A DNA stretch of 64,000 nucleotides from NCBI GenBank assembly GCA_963809895.1, contig CAWELD010000004.1, forward strand, positions 195,356-259,355, in the 5' to 3' direction. Below the pieces are notes generated by a model. That model saw only the letters and a list, made by a program, of their open reading frames with translations. It made no database searches and had not been told where the DNA came from. Both the position numbers and the translations under genes were made by a program. Positions 60,998 through 64,000 of the stretch are shown here, one piece after another. The stretch is from an uncultured Gemmatimonadales bacterium (GTDB lineage: Bacteria; Gemmatimonadota; Gemmatimonadetes; Longimicrobiales; Gaopeijiaceae). Numbering within the stretch: the stretch's first letter is position 1; each line of letters opens with the position of its first letter.

Positions 60998-63379
60998 ATG
61001 CCGATGCTTTTCGACGACGTACGCTTCGCGTGGCGCGCCCTGGCGCGAAACCGCGGCTTGACCGCGGCGGCCACCCTCGTCGCGGGATTGGGGCTCGGCA
61101 TCTTCACGGCGTTCTTCGGTGTCGTGAACGGCGTGCTGTATCGGCCACTCCCGTATCGGGACGCCGATGAGCTGATCCGCATCGGACAAGTGGGCGAGCG
61201 GAGTCGCGGCCCCGGCGACGCGGTGTCACCGGGCGCCGTCCAGCTCCTTCGGGAGGCATCGACGACCCTGGTGGGAGTGGCTGCCTTCCGGCGCGAGACG
61301 GCGTCCCTGCTCACGGGCACGGAGCCCGTCCGGGTGCAGGTGGCTCGGACCACTCCGGATCTCTTCGCGGTGCTGGGCGTGGGCGCCGCACTCGGTCGCA
61401 CGCTGACGACAGGCGACGACGACGCGGTCCTTCTCGCCCATGACCTGTGGGTGGGGGGCTTCGGCGCCGACTCCACCGTACTCGGCCAGAGCGTGCGCAT
61501 CGACGGTGAGCGGCACGTCGTCGTGGGGATCATGCCCGCCGACTTCGGGCTCGACCGTGGCGTCTCGCTGTACCTTCCTCTGGATCTGACCCGCGAGGCA
61601 TCGAGCGGTGGCTCCGGCACGCCGTGGTACTCGGTGATCGCACGCAGGATGCCGCGTGCGAGCATGGCGACGGTGCGCGCCGAGCTGGCCACGCTATCCG
61701 ACCGGTTGCCGGCGACGAACGACGAGCCGGCCCATCTCCAGGCGTATGCCGAGGTGGTCCCCCGTGACACCTTCTTCCGGGGACTGGAGTGGGTCCTTCT
61801 CGGCGCCGCTGGACTCCTCCTGCTCGTGACCTGCTCCAACGTCGCGGGGCTGCTGCTGGCACGCGGCGCGCGCAGGCGCCCGGAGATCGCGGTGCGCGCG
61901 GCTCTGGGGGGAAGCCGGCGGCGGATCTTCCGCCAGAGCCTTCTGGAGAGTGCGCTCCTGGCGGGAACGGCCGGTGTCGTGGCGCTGACGGCGGCCTCCT
62001 GGCTGGCCGATGTCTTCGTGAGCCTGCTTCCGGCCGGCCTTCCGTGGTGGAGCCAGGTCGATGTGCTGGATCTACGGGTTCTGGCGGTGGCGGGTCTCGG
62101 CGCCCTGGTCATCATGGCGACCGTCGGCGCCGGTCCCTCGCTGGAGGCGTCACGCGTGGATCTCCTGCGTGTGCTGGGCCTGGGAGGATCGGGCGCGACG
62201 GACGGAGTGCGGCAACGGCGGCTGCGAGACGGCGTCGTGACGCTCCAGATGACCCTGTCGTTCGTGCTGCTGGTGGCCTCGGTCCTGGTGTGGCGGAGCA
62301 CCGGGGCCCTGAATCGTCTCGATCTGGGCTGGAACGCCGAGGGCGTGCTGCGGGCTTCCGTCGCCGGCCCCGCGCTGAACGAGGAGAGCACGCGCTGGAA
62401 CGTGATGGACCGCATCAGCGAACGCGCCCGATCCCTGCCCACGGCGACCGGCGCGGCGTGGAGCGGCTTCCCGGCCGAGGTCGAGGGCGTGACTCTGAGC
62501 CGCGAAGACCGGCTCACCGCGATCGGAAGTGGCGTCTCGCTGAGCGCCCTCGGTGTACAGCGGCTGGCGGTGGACCCCACCTATTTCCGGACCTCGGGCC
62601 TCGAGCTACGCTCCGGCCGCGGCTTCGATCCGGGTGGCGCCGCGGGCGTCGTGCTGGGCGAGACGCTCGCCCACACCCTGTGGCCCGACGGCTCGGCCGT
62701 CGGCGAGACCCTCCGTCTCGGCACCCTGTCGTTCGAGGTCCTGGGTGTCGTGTCCGACCCGCTCGAGATGCTCGGCGGGCGCGACGGTCTTCGCGCCGTG
62801 CGTCGCCCACACCTCTACCTGCCCATGCACCTGGCGAGCCCGACGTCGCTGGATCTTCGCGTCGCCGCCGCAGACCCCGCGGCGCTGTCCGGAGCCCTGC
62901 GCGAGCTGGCGGCCGAGGTGGACCCCACCGTCACGCTCTCCGGTGTGGAGACCGGGTGGGAGCGGGCGCTGGGCAACCAGCTGGTCGTGAACCGCTTCCT
63001 GTCGTCGCTGCTGGGCGCGCTGGCCGCCATGGGCATTCTCCTGTCGTCCATCGGCCTCTACGGACTGATCGCCTACTCCATCACCTTACGGACCCGCGAG
63101 ATCGGCATCCGCTCGGCGCTGGGCGCCGAGCCTGCCCGCATCGTGCGCACGGTACTCCGGGGAGCCGTGACGCTTCTGGTCGCGGCCCTCGCCTGTGGCG
63201 GCCTGCTCGCGGCACTCGGTTCCCTGGCGGTCGGTGGATTCCTGTACGGAATCCGCCTGTTCGATCCCGCGACATGGCTGGGCGCTGCCTCGCTGCTGGG
63301 TGCCGTGACGATCGTCGCGGCCGCACATCCCGTGCGTCGCGCGCTGGCGGTGGACCCGGCAGACGCTCTGCGAAGCTGA
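60998..63379 (+). CDS. ADOP family duplicated permease (no N-terminal prefix)
   Basis: Starts at DDVRFAWRAL; TCSNVAGLLLAR..EIAVRAALG; RTREIGIRSALG. Confidence 0.9.
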   Translation: MPMLFDDVRFAWRALARNRGLTAAATLVAGLGLGIFTAFFGVVNGVLYRPLPYRDADELIRIGQVGERSRGPGDAVSPGAVQLLREASTTLVGVAAFRRETASLLTGTEPVRVQVARTTPDLFAVLGVGAALGRTLTTGDDDAVLLAHDLWVGGFGADSTVLGQSVRIDGERHVVVGIMPADFGLDRGVSLYLPLDLTREASSGGSGTPWYSVIARRMPRASMATVRAELATLSDRLPATNDEPAHLQAYAEVVPRDTFFRGLEWVLLGAAGLLLLVTCSNVAGLLLARGARRRPEIAVRAALGGSRRRIFRQSLLESALLAGTAGVVALTAASWLADVFVSLLPAGLPWWSQVDVLDLRVLAVAGLGALVIMATVGAGPSLEASRVDLLRVLGLGGSGATDGVRQRRLRDGVVTLQMTLSFVLLVASVLVWRSTGALNRLDLGWNAEGVLRASVAGPALNEESTRWNVMDRISERARSLPTATGAAWSGFPAEVEGVTLSREDRLTAIGSGVSLSALGVQRLAVDPTYFRTSGLELRSGRGFDPGGAAGVVLGETLAHTLWPDGSAVGETLRLGTLSFEVLGVVSDPLEMLGGRDGLRAVRRPHLYLPMHLASPTSLDLRVAAADPAALSGALRELAAEVDPTVTLSGVETGWERALGNQLVVNRFLSSLLGALAAMGILLSSIGLYGLIAYSITLRTREIGIRSALGAEPARIVRTVLRGAVTLLVAALACGGLLAALGSLAVGGFLYGIRLFDPATWLGAASLLGAVTIVAAAHPVRRALAVDPADALRS

Positions 63380-63391
63380 GGCGCACCCCCG

Positions 63392-64000
63392 CTACCGCTC
63401 CGCCCGTAGCGCCCGGATCGGGTCGGCCCGGGTCGCGCCCCTGGCCGACATCCAGGCCGCCGCCGCGGCCACCGCGGCGAACACCAGGGCGCTGCCTCCG
63501 AACGCTGCGGGGTCCACGCCGCCGACCCGGTAGAGATTGCCGTTCAGGAAGCGGCTCAGGGGAATCGCGAGGACCAGGCCGAGTCCCAGGCCCAGGACCA
63601 CAGCGGCCAGGATCTCACGCATCACCAGCCCCATCAGGCGCCCACCCGTGGCGCCCAGCGCCACCCGGATGCCCATCTCCTGCATGCGGCGGCGCACGGC
63701 GAAGGTCACCACCGCATAGATGCCCAGGGCGGCCAGGAAGACCGACCCCAACGCCAGTGCGCCCAGGAACAGCGCGGCCAGGCGCGGGCCCGAGAGGCTG
63801 GCGCCCATCCGGTCCGCCAGAGTCCCCAGCGCGTCCACCGAAAGCGATGGCTCCACCTCCTGAAGCGTGCCGCGCATGGTCTGGGCCACCGAGCCGGCGT
63901 CGCCACGTCCGCGGGCGACGAAGGTCACCGCCGACGGCGGGATCTGCGTCAGGGACAAGTACATGAGCGACGTGGGTGCCTCACCCAGGGAGCGCACCTT
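63392..64000 (-). CDS. ADOP/FtsX-type permease, C-terminal part (5' end beyond right edge)
   Basis: LGIYAVVTFAVRRRMQEMGIRVALGA..DPIRALRAE. Confidence 0.88.
   Translation of the reverse strand, partial: KVRSLGEAPTSLMYLSLTQIPPSAVTFVARGRGDAGSVAQTMRGTLQEVEPSLSVDALGTLADRMGASLSGPRLAALFLGALALGSVFLAALGIYAVVTFAVRRRMQEMGIRVALGATGGRLMGLVMREILAAVVLGLGLGLVLAIPLSRFLNGNLYRVGGVDPAAFGGSALVFAAVAAAAAWMSARGATRADPIRALRAER

Overview
High-GC bacterial DNA whose gene content (SusC/RagA TonB receptor, many ADOP permeases with PadR partners, NHL-type propeller lipoprotein) suggests Gemmatimonadota; this taxonomy is inference. The window holds 10 duplicated MacB/FtsX-type 'ADOP' permeases (one cut by the right edge), no ABC ATPase, and 6 PadR regulators. 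Every PadR is directly followed by an ADOP carrying an N-terminal cytoplasmic prefix whose type matches the PadR subtype. The 3 complete PadR-less ADOPs lack any prefix, and each PadR has a subtype-specific palindrome upstream, which points to a family of paralogous membrane sensor/anti-repressor circuits. Other content: a cytochrome b + Tat molybdo-oxidoreductase operon flanked by two Met-rich lipoproteins; a lipoprotein + M6 protease with a dockerin-like tail; TonB receptor-ECF sigma-ZAS anti-sigma; a PhoD-like phosphatase; a bactofilin pair with a sigma54-like promoter; a convergent LytS/LytTR pair; IorAB-like genes; Crp/Fnr with a CRP box; several hydrolases and OMPs; and two small palindromic repeat clusters with a 61-62 bp period. 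Six single-base frameshifts in four genes fall in short G/C runs and are probably assembly errors. No rRNA, tRNA, cas genes or transposases were recognised.
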